Of a stretch of DNA of 64,000 nt, positions 33,827-43,227 are shown piece by piece. The stretch comes from a virus. The notes below the pieces were generated by a model, which made no database searches, had not been told where the DNA came from, and saw nothing but the letters and a program-made list of their open reading frames with translations. The DNA is taken from the IMG/VR virus record IMGVR_UViG_3300017780_004980, positions 1 to 64,000 of that record; one strand, given 5' to 3'. Numbering within the stretch: position 1 is the stretch's first letter; the number at the start of each line of letters is the position of its first letter. The translations under genes and the position numbers were made by a program.

Positions 33827-36800
33827 GTGGCCCTCTTAATTTCGCTGATCGACAGAAGACGGTTAGTGATCGTCACCGTGTTTCCGCTCGTGTTGATCAG
33901 GTAGACCCGGAACGTATGGCTACCAGCAGACAGGCCGGTCACCAACCACTTGAACACTTTCGGCATTTTGACGACCCCGCTACCCGGGGCCCGGACAACA
34001 ATACTGTCGTACACCGAGCCTACAGGGTTTCCCCCAGACGCCGTTATCGTGTTGTCGATGGTCAGGTAGTAGCCGAAATTGTCGTTACCGATGATTTCGT
34101 CGAGGATGTACGCCTCGACCTCCAGCAGGTCTCCCGTGCATACCACCACCAAGCTCATGAGCAGGTTTGCGAACGCCCCGGAATTCACCTGGGTGATCGT
34201 GCTGGTGTTGTACGAGGCGCCGACGGAGTGGATCGCCTTGGTGGCCACCTGCTCGGTTTGCAACAGGCTGGTCGTGGCGTTGATCGAGCCGGAGAAGGCC
34301 GAGACATTCCCCGATGTGTCGACAGCCTTGAACCAGTAGTACCGCTGCACGGCATTTCCCAAGCCACCCCGGGCGTAAGCTCCGGGCGCCGATGCCGCTC
34401 CCTGCACCGTGGCGATCTTGGTGGCCGAACCACTGGAGTTTGACGTGTGCTCCCAGATTTCGATCTGGGCGACATCCGCGTCCGCCGGACAGGTCCAGGT
34501 CAGCATGATCTGGCCGATCATCCCGGTCGCCGCACCGGCCGTAGGGGCGGACGGAGCCGTGGTATCCTTCGCTGACGTGTGGCTGCCTGTCGCCGATGAC
34601 CAGGCGGATTTGTTGCCAAGGCTATCGTAGGCCCGGATGCGGGCGGTGAAACCGACGTTACCCTTGACAAGCCACTCGGCCCTGTTGGTCGAGGTCGTCA
34701 GCTGGGTGATCGTGCTGCCGCCTTCGGTCAGCTCGACATTGTAGCCGGCGAGGTCACTTTCGACGTTGGCCGTCCAGGCGGCCACCAGGACCACCCGCTG
34801 CTTTCCATCGGTATCCAGGGTGACGGAGGAGGACAGCGCCAGGCCGGAAGGAACCGCCGGCGGCGTGGTGTCAATGTCCGAGGTCGAAACGGTCGTGGTC
34901 GTGGCGCTGACCACCGTCGTGAAGGCGCTGGCGTTACCGGAGAAGTCCACCGCCTTGAACCAGTAGTAGTACAGGGTCGAGTTGGCCCGGCCGGTGCGGC
35001 TGTAGGTCTGGCCGGCGGCCGAGGTCGCCTGCACCGAAGCGATCTTCGTGGCCGTGCCCGAGTCGTTGGCCGTGTTCTCGTAAATGTCGACGTGGTCAAG
35101 GTCCGCCGCCGTGGGGTTGACCCACGACAGGCTGACAGCCTGGAAGCCGGCGGCTGCGGCTGGCGACGTCGGGGCGCTGGGGGCCGTAGTGTCCGCCGTG
35201 GAGGTCTGGGTCACCGGGGTCGTGTACGCCGAGCGGTTGCCCAGCTTGTCCACGGCCAGCACCTTCACCGCATAGGAGACATTGCCCTTGACCGGGAAGA
35301 TATCGCTCACGGCGGTGCCAATGGCCCGCACGACGTACGCTCCGCCGTTCTCGGAGACGGCGATCTCATAGTGGTCCAGGTCGCTGTCGGCGACGCCCGT
35401 GAAGCTGGCGGTCATCTTGACCACCTGGGTACCGTCAGTGTCCAGCGTCAGCGCCGAGGACAGACCCAGCCCGGTCGGTACCGCCGGCGCCGTCGTGTCC
35501 AGGTCTCCGCCGACCACCCCGACCGTCGTGCCGCTGGCCACGGACGTGAACGCCGAGGCGTTGCCGGACGTATCTACGGCCTTCAGCCAGTAGTAGCGGA
35601 GCTGCCCCGTGGCGAGACCCGAACGGGTCCAGCTGCCGCCCGCCAAGGGCTTGGCGGTGATCGTGGCCACCAGGGACGCCGAACCACTGGAGTTGGACGT
35701 GTGTTCGTAGACCTCCACGAAGGCCAGGTCGGTCGCCGCCGGGTTGACCCAGGCGAGGGCCAGGTTCTGCAAGCTGGCGGTGACGGCAAAGCTGCTGGGC
35801 GCGGACGGCGCCGTCGTGTCCTTCGCCGAGGTATGCGTGCCGGTCGCCGAGCTCCAGGCGCTCTTGTTGTTGAACGTATCATACGAGCGAACACGGGCCG
35901 TGAAGCCGACGTTCCCCTTGACCTGCCATTCGTAGCGGTTGGTGGCTGCGTTGAAGATCGTGACGTCCGAGCCTTCGGTCAGCTCGATCTCGTAGCCCTT
36001 CAGGTCCGTCTCGACGTTCGCGGTCCAGGTCGCGGACAGCTTCACGCGCTGGGTGCCGTCAGTGTCGACGGTCAGCACCGAAGACAGGGCCAGGTCGGCG
36101 GGGACGCCAGGCGGGGTGGTGTCTACCTCGTTCGTCTGGATCACCAGCGGGGTCGCGGTCACCGACGCCGAGAAGGCCGACTTGTTGCCGCTCTTGTCCA
36201 CCGACTTGAAGAAGAAGTACCGGGCGACGCCGTTGGTCAGGTTCCCCCGCACGAACGACATATTGGCCGAGGGCGCCCCGCCGACGGTCGTGACCAGAGT
36301 GGCGCCTACCGACGTGTTGGTGCTGTTCTCGTAGACCTCGACGACATGGAAGTCGGCAGCTACCGGATTGGTCCAGGTCAGGGTCACCTGCGAGAAGCCG
36401 GCCGTAGCCGACAACGAGGTGGGGGTAGACGGAGCCGTCGTGTCAGCCGCCGTGGTGTGGGTCACCGCCGTGCAGAGCGCCGAGCGGTTGTTGACCCGGT
36501 CGAAGGCCCGGAGCTGGATGTAGTAGAGCTTGCCCGGCTTGGCCAGGAACTCGTCGTGGTTCGTCGACGTGATGTTGACGTGACCCAGGCCCGTGCTGTC
36601 GCCGTGCTCGAAGTAAATGACGTCGTAGCCGGCCAGGTCCGCGTCGACGTTGGCGGTCCAGTCCACGACCATCTTGACCACCAGGGCGCCGTCGACGTTG
36701 CTGGCGATGGACGACGTGACCGTGGGCGTCGCCGGGACCGCCGGCGGCGTGGTCTCCATGTCCGCGACGGCGACGGACGGCGTGGTCAGCGTCTCCTCGT

Positions 36801-39800
36801 CCGTGGGATCGCCGTAGCCGAATTCGTCGTAGTGCCGGAACCGGTAGTAATAGGTCGTGCCCGGGTCCAGCGCGAGCGTGACGTTCTCGCGGCCGATGGC
36901 CCACTGATGGCTGAGGTCCGTCAGGACGCCAGGCGAGGTGCCGGCGTAAACAATCACCCCCCGGTAGTCGGGGTCCACGATCTCGTCGAAAGTGAACGTC
37001 ACCCCGTAGGCCGTAACGTCCACCTCCGAAGGCTCGTAGGCCGGCGGCGGCGGGTTGGCGATGGTGACCGTGGTCTCGGTGCTGGCGACGTCGTTCTTGT
37101 CGATCAGCGCCACGCTGATCTTGTACTCCCGCACGCCGGCGCTGACGAGAAGCAGGTCGTCAATCGGGATGGTCAGGCGGGGCGTGTGCGTGGTGTAGGT
37201 CTTCAAGATCGACAGGGTGTCGGTGTCGCGCAAGCGGACCCGGAACTCCTTGAAATACGGGTCCACCCCGTCGGTCGGCAGCGTCCCGTCCGGCGCGTAG
37301 ATGGGCTTGGCCAACCATTGCAGGAAGACGTTCCGGCCCGACCACTCAAGGCCCCCGCCCTGGATTTCGACGTCGGTGATCAGCGTCTTGCCCGAGGCGG
37401 TACCGGCCGTCAGGTCGATGCGGCGCAGCTTGGGCCGCGACTTGTAGCCCTTCAAGCTGACAGCCCGGACCCAGACGGTGACGTACTCCATCTTCGGGTT
37501 CGGCAGCGTCACCTCGGTCATCTTCTGCATGGGCAGGACGATGATGTTGTCCTCCCCGTACTGGACCGAGACGATGTACCCGTCGAGGTAGGGGTCGGGG
37601 CTGGCCTCCCAGTCCACGTAGAGGAAGCCCTGCGAGGTCGTGCCTTGGGTTCGCGCGGTGTAATAGCGGAGCGACATGGTCGCCACCGGCTCCACCACCT
37701 CGGTGCCAGGCAGATCGGAGAACGCCCGGGTGACTTCCGGGATTTTGTTCTCGATCAGGGCGAACTTCTCAGGCGCGTGCTGGGTCCCCAGGACCTTGTA
37801 CTGACCCTTCTCCTCGTCGTCCGCGATGGACATGATCCGGAAGCTGCGGGGCTCCAGGACGTCCGACGAGACGCCGAACATGGCATTGACGATGGGCATG
37901 TCGTCGCCGTCGAGCGGGGTCACCAGGGTGGCCGTGATGTAGTCCCCGGTTCCCGGGTTGACCAGTTCGCGCTCGACCATCTGGTTGCCGGCGGTGATCG
38001 TGGTCAGGTAGTAGGTCCGCGCACCGTCGAAGGACAGCGGCCGGTCGAACTTCACCTCGCTCGTGGAGACCTCACGCAGACGGCCGGCCCATTCCGCCTG
38101 GGTCATCATCGGGTCGTAGATATCGACGATGCTGCCCGGCAGGATATCGGCCTCGCCCATGCCGATGCGGAACTGGACGGTGTCGGTCTCCAGGTATTCA
38201 GTGTGCAGGGCGAAGCGGGCCAGCCGCAGGGCCTGGGCCTTGCTCGTGCAGCCGTACGCCGTGATCGACAGGACGTTGTAGCCGTACCGGAGGATGCCCT
38301 CCTTATGCTCCACCAGGAGGTCGTCGGCGATGTAGCCCAGGTCCGGGTTGGTCCAGGTCACCGTACAGGCGGTGTGCCGGGCCCGCAGGGCCGTGCCGCT
38401 GTAGTTGAAGACCCCCTCGATGACGTTGGCCGGGGAGAACACCTTGGTGGCCGGCTTAGGGGCGTCCTGGATGAAGGTCATCTGGCCGGCGGCCCAGACG
38501 GCGCTCGTCCGCATCATCCCGCAGATCGCGGTGATGGCGTTGTAGGCCGACATACGCTGGTTGACGACCGTGTTGAACGTGAACATCGGCTCGACGCCGG
38601 CGAACTCGATGTCGTCCGACCCCATCGTGGTGATGGCGTGGCAGCAGCGGAAGAACTTGTCGGCGTAGGTCCCGCCATAGACCGCGAAGGTAGCGCCCAG
38701 GACGTCGCCGGCGGCGTCCATGTCCGTGGCTCGGGTCATAGCCAGGTCTTGGCCGTTGTAGACCCAGATGCCGTTCTCGGCTTTGTCCGTCTGCCCGATC
38801 AGACCAACCCGGACCCCCGCGTCCATCTTCCAGCCGTCGATGTATTCCGGGGCGTCGTTGACGTCGATGTTGACGTCGCTGACCAGGGTCACCCGCTCCT
38901 TGCGGACCTCGACCACGTCGGGATCGAAGCCTACCCCCGTGCCGTCGGACACCAGCCGGTCGTTGTACCGGCCGATGTTGTACAGGTCCCATTTGCTCAC
39001 CCGCGCGTCCGGCAGCACCTCGCCGATGCCGAAGCGGGTGTTGGTCAGCAGGTCCCACAGCACCCAGGCCGGATTGTTGCAGTAGGCCAGCTTGAACGTG
39101 CCGTCCCAGATACCCTCGTAGGTGCGCTCGATGGGATCGTAGTTCGACGGGACGTTGATGATCCGCCCGTAAATCTCGTAGCCCCGGCTGGGGAACGAGT
39201 TGCCGAAGAACTCGGCGTCGAACTGGCAGCCGAACAGGGCCGTGTCCGGGTAGATGTAGCGATGGTCGACGATCTCGGTGTACGAGGTCCAGAAGAACCG
39301 CGACTGCACATTGGCGCTGTCGTCGTCCGGCGAGACCCGACGCACCCGCACGTCCCAGGGGCCGGTCCCGTCGAGCGGGATGCGGTACTGCTGCTGGAAC
39401 TGGGACGTGGTCTTGCCCCGGATCGGCTCCGCCACCTTCTGCACCCAGGCCGAGCCCGGATTGTTGGCGTTCGACCGGACCTCAATCGAAATCTCGACCT
39501 TGTATCCGGTCAACTCACCGGTGTCGGCCACGGCCTGGGTCAGGCCGGACAAGGTCAGCAGGACCCGCACGGCGTTGGCGTTGTCGTTGTTGATCCGGCG
39601 GACAAGGGCGCCCGAGTAACTGTCACCCAGGTGCTGGACCTCGACCCCTACACCGAAGGGCGTGGTCGTGGCCTCGAAGCCCTCGATCACATCCTGATCA
39701 GGCAGGCCGAGGCGCCATTTGATAGTCGCCCCACCGAAGTTGTAGGTCCGGTCCGCGTTCTGGAACGGCGTGTCATTCAGGTAGACCGACCGAAGGCCGT

Positions 39801-39981
39801 TCACCAGCCCCCTGATCGGACCCTCACTGACGACGTCCAGCACCTTGGCGATGGACTTCGACTGGAGGGTGTTCGGGTACTCGTACGGCTCCTGGCCGCC
39901 GTTGCCCCCGGACTTACCCCCGGAGCCCATACGCTCGCCCTGCGCCAGCAGGGGATCGCGCACTTTGATCAGGGCCGCCAT
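33823..39981 (-). CDS. tail tip / central fibre protein (lambda J-like) with FN3 repeats
   Basis: SEGPIRGLV, W.G.FK.AY.NNPAW, QA.RLAR..L.TE..E; eight DTT(A/P)P FN3-like repeats. Confidence 0.93.
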   Translation of the reverse strand: MAALIKVRDPLLAQGERMGSGGKSGGNGGQEPYEYPNTLQSKSIAKVLDVVSEGPIRGLVNGLRSVYLNDTPFQNADRTYNFGGATIKWRLGLPDQDVIEGFEATTTPFGVGVEVQHLGDSYSGALVRRINNDNANAVRVLLTLSGLTQAVADTGELTGYKVEISIEVRSNANNPGSAWVQKVAEPIRGKTTSQFQQQYRIPLDGTGPWDVRVRRVSPDDDSANVQSRFFWTSYTEIVDHRYIYPDTALFGCQFDAEFFGNSFPSRGYEIYGRIINVPSNYDPIERTYEGIWDGTFKLAYCNNPAWVLWDLLTNTRFGIGEVLPDARVSKWDLYNIGRYNDRLVSDGTGVGFDPDVVEVRKERVTLVSDVNIDVNDAPEYIDGWKMDAGVRVGLIGQTDKAENGIWVYNGQDLAMTRATDMDAAGDVLGATFAVYGGTYADKFFRCCHAITTMGSDDIEFAGVEPMFTFNTVVNQRMSAYNAITAICGMMRTSAVWAAGQMTFIQDAPKPATKVFSPANVIEGVFNYSGTALRARHTACTVTWTNPDLGYIADDLLVEHKEGILRYGYNVLSITAYGCTSKAQALRLARFALHTEYLETDTVQFRIGMGEADILPGSIVDIYDPMMTQAEWAGRLREVSTSEVKFDRPLSFDGARTYYLTTITAGNQMVERELVNPGTGDYITATLVTPLDGDDMPIVNAMFGVSSDVLEPRSFRIMSIADDEEKGQYKVLGTQHAPEKFALIENKIPEVTRAFSDLPGTEVVEPVATMSLRYYTARTQGTTSQGFLYVDWEASPDPYLDGYIVSVQYGEDNIIVLPMQKMTEVTLPNPKMEYVTVWVRAVSLKGYKSRPKLRRIDLTAGTASGKTLITDVEIQGGGLEWSGRNVFLQWLAKPIYAPDGTLPTDGVDPYFKEFRVRLRDTDTLSILKTYTTHTPRLTIPIDDLLLVSAGVREYKISVALIDKNDVASTETTVTIANPPPPAYEPSEVDVTAYGVTFTFDEIVDPDYRGVIVYAGTSPGVLTDLSHQWAIGRENVTLALDPGTTYYYRFRHYDEFGYGDPTDEETLTTPSVAVADMETTPPAVPATPTVTSSIASNVDGALVVKMVVDWTANVDADLAGYDVIYFEHGDSTGLGHVNITSTNHDEFLAKPGKLYYIQLRAFDRVNNRSALCTAVTHTTAADTTAPSTPTSLSATAGFSQVTLTWTNPVAADFHVVEVYENSTNTSVGATLVTTVGGAPSANMSFVRGNLTNGVARYFFFKSVDKSGNKSAFSASVTATPLVIQTNEVDTTPPGVPADLALSSVLTVDTDGTQRVKLSATWTANVETDLKGYEIELTEGSDVTIFNAATNRYEWQVKGNVGFTARVRSYDTFNNKSAWSSATGTHTSAKDTTAPSAPSSFAVTASLQNLALAWVNPAATDLAFVEVYEHTSNSSGSASLVATITAKPLAGGSWTRSGLATGQLRYYWLKAVDTSGNASAFTSVASGTTVGVVGGDLDTTAPAVPTGLGLSSALTLDTDGTQVVKMTASFTGVADSDLDHYEIAVSENGGAYVVRAIGTAVSDIFPVKGNVSYAVKVLAVDKLGNRSAYTTPVTQTSTADTTAPSAPTSPAAAAGFQAVSLSWVNPTAADLDHVDIYENTANDSGTATKIASVQATSAAGQTYSRTGRANSTLYYYWFKAVDFSGNASAFTTVVSATTTTVSTSDIDTTPPAVPSGLALSSSVTLDTDGKQRVVLVAAWTANVESDLAGYNVELTEGGSTITQLTTSTNRAEWLVKGNVGFTARIRAYDSLGNKSAWSSATGSHTSAKDTTAPSAPTAGAATGMIGQIMLTWTCPADADVAQIEIWEHTSNSSGSATKIATVQGAASAPGAYARGGLGNAVQRYYWFKAVDTSGNVSAFSGSINATTSLLQTEQVATKAIHSVGASYNTSTITQVNSGAFANLLMSLVVVCTGDLLEVEAYILDEIIGNDNFGYYLTIDNTITASGGNPVGSVYDSIVVRAPGSGVVKMPKVFKWLVTGLSAGSHTFRVYLINTSGNTVTITNRLLSISEIKRAT
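34270..36760 (-). repeat. four tandem A-B pairs of fibronectin-III-like domains (about 630 nt period)
   Basis: TT(A/P)P starts near 36757, 36443, 36124, 35820, 35499, 35193, 34872, 34566. Confidence 0.8.
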
Positions 39982-40877
39982 CAGATGAACACCGGGTCTT
40001 CGATGGTGTCGTCGTCGTCCTCGCCGCCGACGATGGTATCCCAGCCGGGCATCACCGTGCCCGGGTCGACACCACCATTGTCAATACCACCTCCGTTGCC
40101 ACCCCCGCCACCACCAGGCCCAATCGGGACTTCGCTGTAGCCGTCGTAGGTGCCTTCCGGAACGATCTGGATTTTATCGGCCTGGAGGTCGGAAGCAGCC
40201 ACCACCGAGCCCGCCCGGTGCTTGCCGTAGACGATAGGCACGATGTTGCCTTGCTCGGTCACATTGGCCACCCCATCGAACAGGAAGGAGTTCGTGTCCT
40301 TCGCTTGCGAGGAGGTCGAACCGGCCGGCGACGGGGCGGCGAGCATGGCAATCCCGGACAACGCGATGGCCGCGCCGAACATGGCGATCTGACCGTAGCT
40401 GATGCCCATGAAGGCAGGGGCGGACATGGCCGCGCCGGCGGCGGCGAAGTCCCCGGAAAGGAACGGCGAGGTGGCGCCGGCGGAATAGACCGTGACGACA
40501 ATCAGCACGATGCCGATGATCACCTTGGCGACGCCCTTGCTGTCCTGCTTCCTCTCGGCGCTTTGTTGCTGCCGCGAGATGGACCGACGGTTCTGCTGCC
40601 ACGCATTGCTCGGCTGGTTTACGGCGTCACCGACGGGGACCGGAGTGAAGATGATCTCGCCGTCGGTCAGCCCCAGGAACAGGGTGTCGTAGTCGAGCTC
40701 GTATTCGTGGCCGCGCCGGACCTGGGTGATGCGCCAGGAACCCTCTGCGATGGCGGTCTCGAAGCCCTCCAGCTGACAGGCGAGGGCTTTCACGGCTTCG
40801 ACGGCGGACCTGACGTCCATGAGGTAGGGGCCGCCAAATCGCTCACCGAGCGACCCCTTCAGGATCACCTTGTTCAT
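39981..40877 (-). CDS. tail assembly protein (lambda I-like)
   Basis: L.G.LG.RFG, SFLFDG..N...QG..VPIVYG. Confidence 0.9.
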   Translation of the reverse strand: MNKVILKGSLGERFGGPYLMDVRSAVEAVKALACQLEGFETAIAEGSWRITQVRRGHEYELDYDTLFLGLTDGEIIFTPVPVGDAVNQPSNAWQQNRRSISRQQQSAERKQDSKGVAKVIIGIVLIVVTVYSAGATSPFLSGDFAAAGAAMSAPAFMGISYGQIAMFGAAIALSGIAMLAAPSPAGSTSSQAKDTNSFLFDGVANVTEQGNIVPIVYGKHRAGSVVAASDLQADKIQIVPEGTYDGYSEVPIGPGGGGGGNGGGIDNGGVDPGTVMPGWDTIVGGEDDDDTIEDPVFI

Positions 40878-40897
40878 TGCCCCCGATCCCTTGCCGC

Positions 40898-41617
40898 TTA
40901 GGCTTCGATCATACTCTCATGCCGCAACCACCTGGCCGCCCGGTTCGCCCACACTTCGGCGGCGGTGACCGTGCTCAACTGGCCCGGCATGTGGTGATAG
41001 ACGCGCCCATCACCATTGTAGACCAATGCGTGTTGTTCGGTCTTGAAGTCCAGCTTGAACGTGAAAATGTCCCCGGCTTTCGCCTCCGAGAGGGACAGGC
41101 CTTTCATCTCGACAAAGCCGTATTGCCTGAAGTGATCGACGTACAGGTTCTCGCCTTTCTCCCACCAGCGATCCTGCCGCACGAAGTCCGGGAACAGGCG
41201 GTTCTGCTTCTGCCACCACCAGGATCGGAGGAGCGCGAAACAGTCGAAGATGCCATGGCAAAACGGGCGACCTTCCAGCTCCCAGTCCAGGAGATGGTCT
41301 CCGAGTTCCAGGTGGACCCACCCGGTCATCGGGTGGTGGGCTGCGATCACATACGGGATGCCGACGTCGATCTGAGCCCGCATGTCGCCGCAACTGGGAT
41401 GTATCGGCCCATCCGGGTGGCTGTGGACGATGGCTTCCAGCAGCGGGTCTTCGAGGTACCGGTCCATGTCAGCGTTCGACATGGCGAAGTGTTTCTCGGG
41501 GTCCAGGTCGACGTTCTTGAGCCGGACGTACTTGTCGTTGTGGATGATCCCGAGGCACTCCTCCGGGAACACCTCTTCCGCGTGGCGGACAATCTCCGCC
41601 CGGTGTTTCTCAAACAT
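40898..41617 (-). CDS. tail assembly protein (lambda K-like, JAB + NlpC/P60)
   Basis: PEECLG, HSHPDG, DCFALLR, H.LVY.G....HH. Confidence 0.92.
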   Translation of the reverse strand: MFEKHRAEIVRHAEEVFPEECLGIIHNDKYVRLKNVDLDPEKHFAMSNADMDRYLEDPLLEAIVHSHPDGPIHPSCGDMRAQIDVGIPYVIAAHHPMTGWVHLELGDHLLDWELEGRPFCHGIFDCFALLRSWWWQKQNRLFPDFVRQDRWWEKGENLYVDHFRQYGFVEMKGLSLSEAKAGDIFTFKLDFKTEQHALVYNGDGRVYHHMPGQLSTVTAAEVWANRAARWLRHESMIEA

Positions 41618-42345
41618 CAGCCCGCTCTTGTTCTGGACATCCCAGGAAAGCCCCCGAAGGGCTTGTTCACGCTGACAGGGTAGCGCAGGGAGCAGCCGGC
41701 GTCATCATTGGAACAGACGTCCTGCTCCGGGTCCACGGTGGGCTCCCCGTCGACCGTGAACATAGCGTCTCCCGCGTAGGGGCAGGGTCTGACCGTCGAG
41801 ACATCGAAGGAGGCCGCGTCCGCGTTGTAGCGCCGGTAGCGCAGCAGGCAGATATCCTTGAAGCAGGGCCGACCAACCAGGCGGTCCCCGGTGTCGGCCA
41901 ACACCCGCAGCGCAAACTCGCCGTACAGGTTGTTCAGGTTCAACTTCTGCTCGATGACGAACAGGTCGTAGTGGATCATGGCGTTGCCGTCAGCCATCGG
42001 CTTACCGTCGAGGAACTGCTCGAAAGTGACGATCCGGGTCAGCTCGGCCCCGACCATGTCCCCGTAGGCGACGACCAACCCGGCCGCGAACTTGTTGTAG
42101 TTCGGGACCACCACCTTCGGCTGGGGCGTCTCTCCCGTGGCCGTACGCTCGATGCCGGTGATGTTGATGGCGGCCTGCGAATACACCTGGCCGGCGAAGG
42201 AGATGGGGCTGCCGTCAGGCTCCGACGAGATCGTGAAATAGTAGACGTCCGTGGCGCCGATGGGGGTCAGGTCCAGTTTGTAGAGCTCCACCCGGGCGCC
42301 TGGTGTCAGGCTCTGCTGGGCGGCGAAAAGCTCGGGGGTGCTCAT
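41617..42345 (-). CDS. minor tail protein (lambda L-like)
   Basis: VELYKLDL, four C-terminal Cys, PFGGFPG. Confidence 0.92.
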   Translation of the reverse strand: MSTPELFAAQQSLTPGARVELYKLDLTPIGATDVYYFTISSEPDGSPISFAGQVYSQAAINITGIERTATGETPQPKVVVPNYNKFAAGLVVAYGDMVGAELTRIVTFEQFLDGKPMADGNAMIHYDLFVIEQKLNLNNLYGEFALRVLADTGDRLVGRPCFKDICLLRYRRYNADAASFDVSTVRPCPYAGDAMFTVDGEPTVDPEQDVCSNDDAGCSLRYPVSVNKPFGGFPGMSRTRAG

Positions 42346-43226
42346 CCTTCGACAACCTGCTCAAACGTGGCTTCGATGGTGTAGTTGCTGGCCGAGACCC
42401 GCCGACGGGTGTACCGGGGGGCCAACCACTTCTTCCGGTCCGTCACCACCGCCCCAACCTCCGAGGTGCCATTGGTCACGCCGGTACCGCTGACGGCCGC
42501 CGAGCCCAAGGTCCCCGCCGCCAGGTCGACGTTTATGTAAGCGGAGTCCGAGACGGTCGTGCCGTAGACCATGGCGCGGACCTCCGTGCGCTCATCGAAC
42601 TTCACCAGCCAGACCGCCTCGTAGTCGATGTCGGAAGCCGCCTTGGCGATACCAGGCAAGGTGACCAGGTGGCTGCTGGTGACCCCGTTTTCGGTGACGA
42701 CGTACCCGCCGAATTCTTCCTCGTGGTTGTAGACGGTGGCGTCGTAGACCGTCGTGACGTTGGTGTCAGTCCAGGTCGTAACGTCCTGCTCGGTGATCGA
42801 CAGCAGCTCGGTGTCAGAGCCTACCACCTTCAGCGATACCGATCCGATGGTGAAGGCGTCCATGCTGTTGCCGGCAAAGGAGATCGCGCCCCCGGACAGC
42901 GCGTACAGCCGCAGGGCCAGGGTGGTGTGTGCGGAACTCACCGTGAACCGGTGGGTGATCGACACCCAGTCCGGCGACAGGTTGAACGGCAAGGCGTACC
43001 AGAAGCTCTCCACCGCCTTGCGAGCCCGCAGGAACCGCCAGATTTCGGCGGCTTCTTCCCGGGTGAGGTTCTCCCAGCGGAGCATAACCCTGGCGAGATC
43101 GTGGTTGATCCCATCCTGGGACCGGCCGACGTAGCCGTCCCCGAACGTCTGACGCAGGACCCGGGGCTCCCGGCTGTCATCGAGGTCGAAGCTGGGCCCG
43201 ACCGGGGGTTCGAAAGTCAAGGTCAT
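42342..43226 (-). CDS. distal tail protein (lambda M-like) with inserted beta-sandwich domain
   Basis: FGDGY..R..DGIN, FL......F.Y..P, ATFEQV; about 180 aa insertion. Confidence 0.85.
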   Translation of the reverse strand: MTLTFEPPVGPSFDLDDSREPRVLRQTFGDGYVGRSQDGINHDLARVMLRWENLTREEAAEIWRFLRARKAVESFWYALPFNLSPDWVSITHRFTVSSAHTTLALRLYALSGGAISFAGNSMDAFTIGSVSLKVVGSDTELLSITEQDVTTWTDTNVTTVYDATVYNHEEEFGGYVVTENGVTSSHLVTLPGIAKAASDIDYEAVWLVKFDERTEVRAMVYGTTVSDSAYINVDLAAGTLGSAAVSGTGVTNGTSEVGAVVTDRKKWLAPRYTRRRVSASNYTIEATFEQVVEG

Positions 43227-43227
43227 G

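Noticed and set aside
33823-36760. Diversity-generating retroelement acting on the tail fibre
   Set aside because: No reverse transcriptase seen, and the repeats are in-frame domain duplications rather than a TR/VR pair with A-specific differences.
35092-40140. 1682-aa plus-strand ORF and other long plus-strand ORFs (11522-12910, 30383-32251, 48201-50417, 53006-54832, 55370-57496, 57343-59265)
   Set aside because: Antisense shadows of G/C-ending minus-strand genes; no RBS, no recognisable motifs, complete overlap with well-supported genes.
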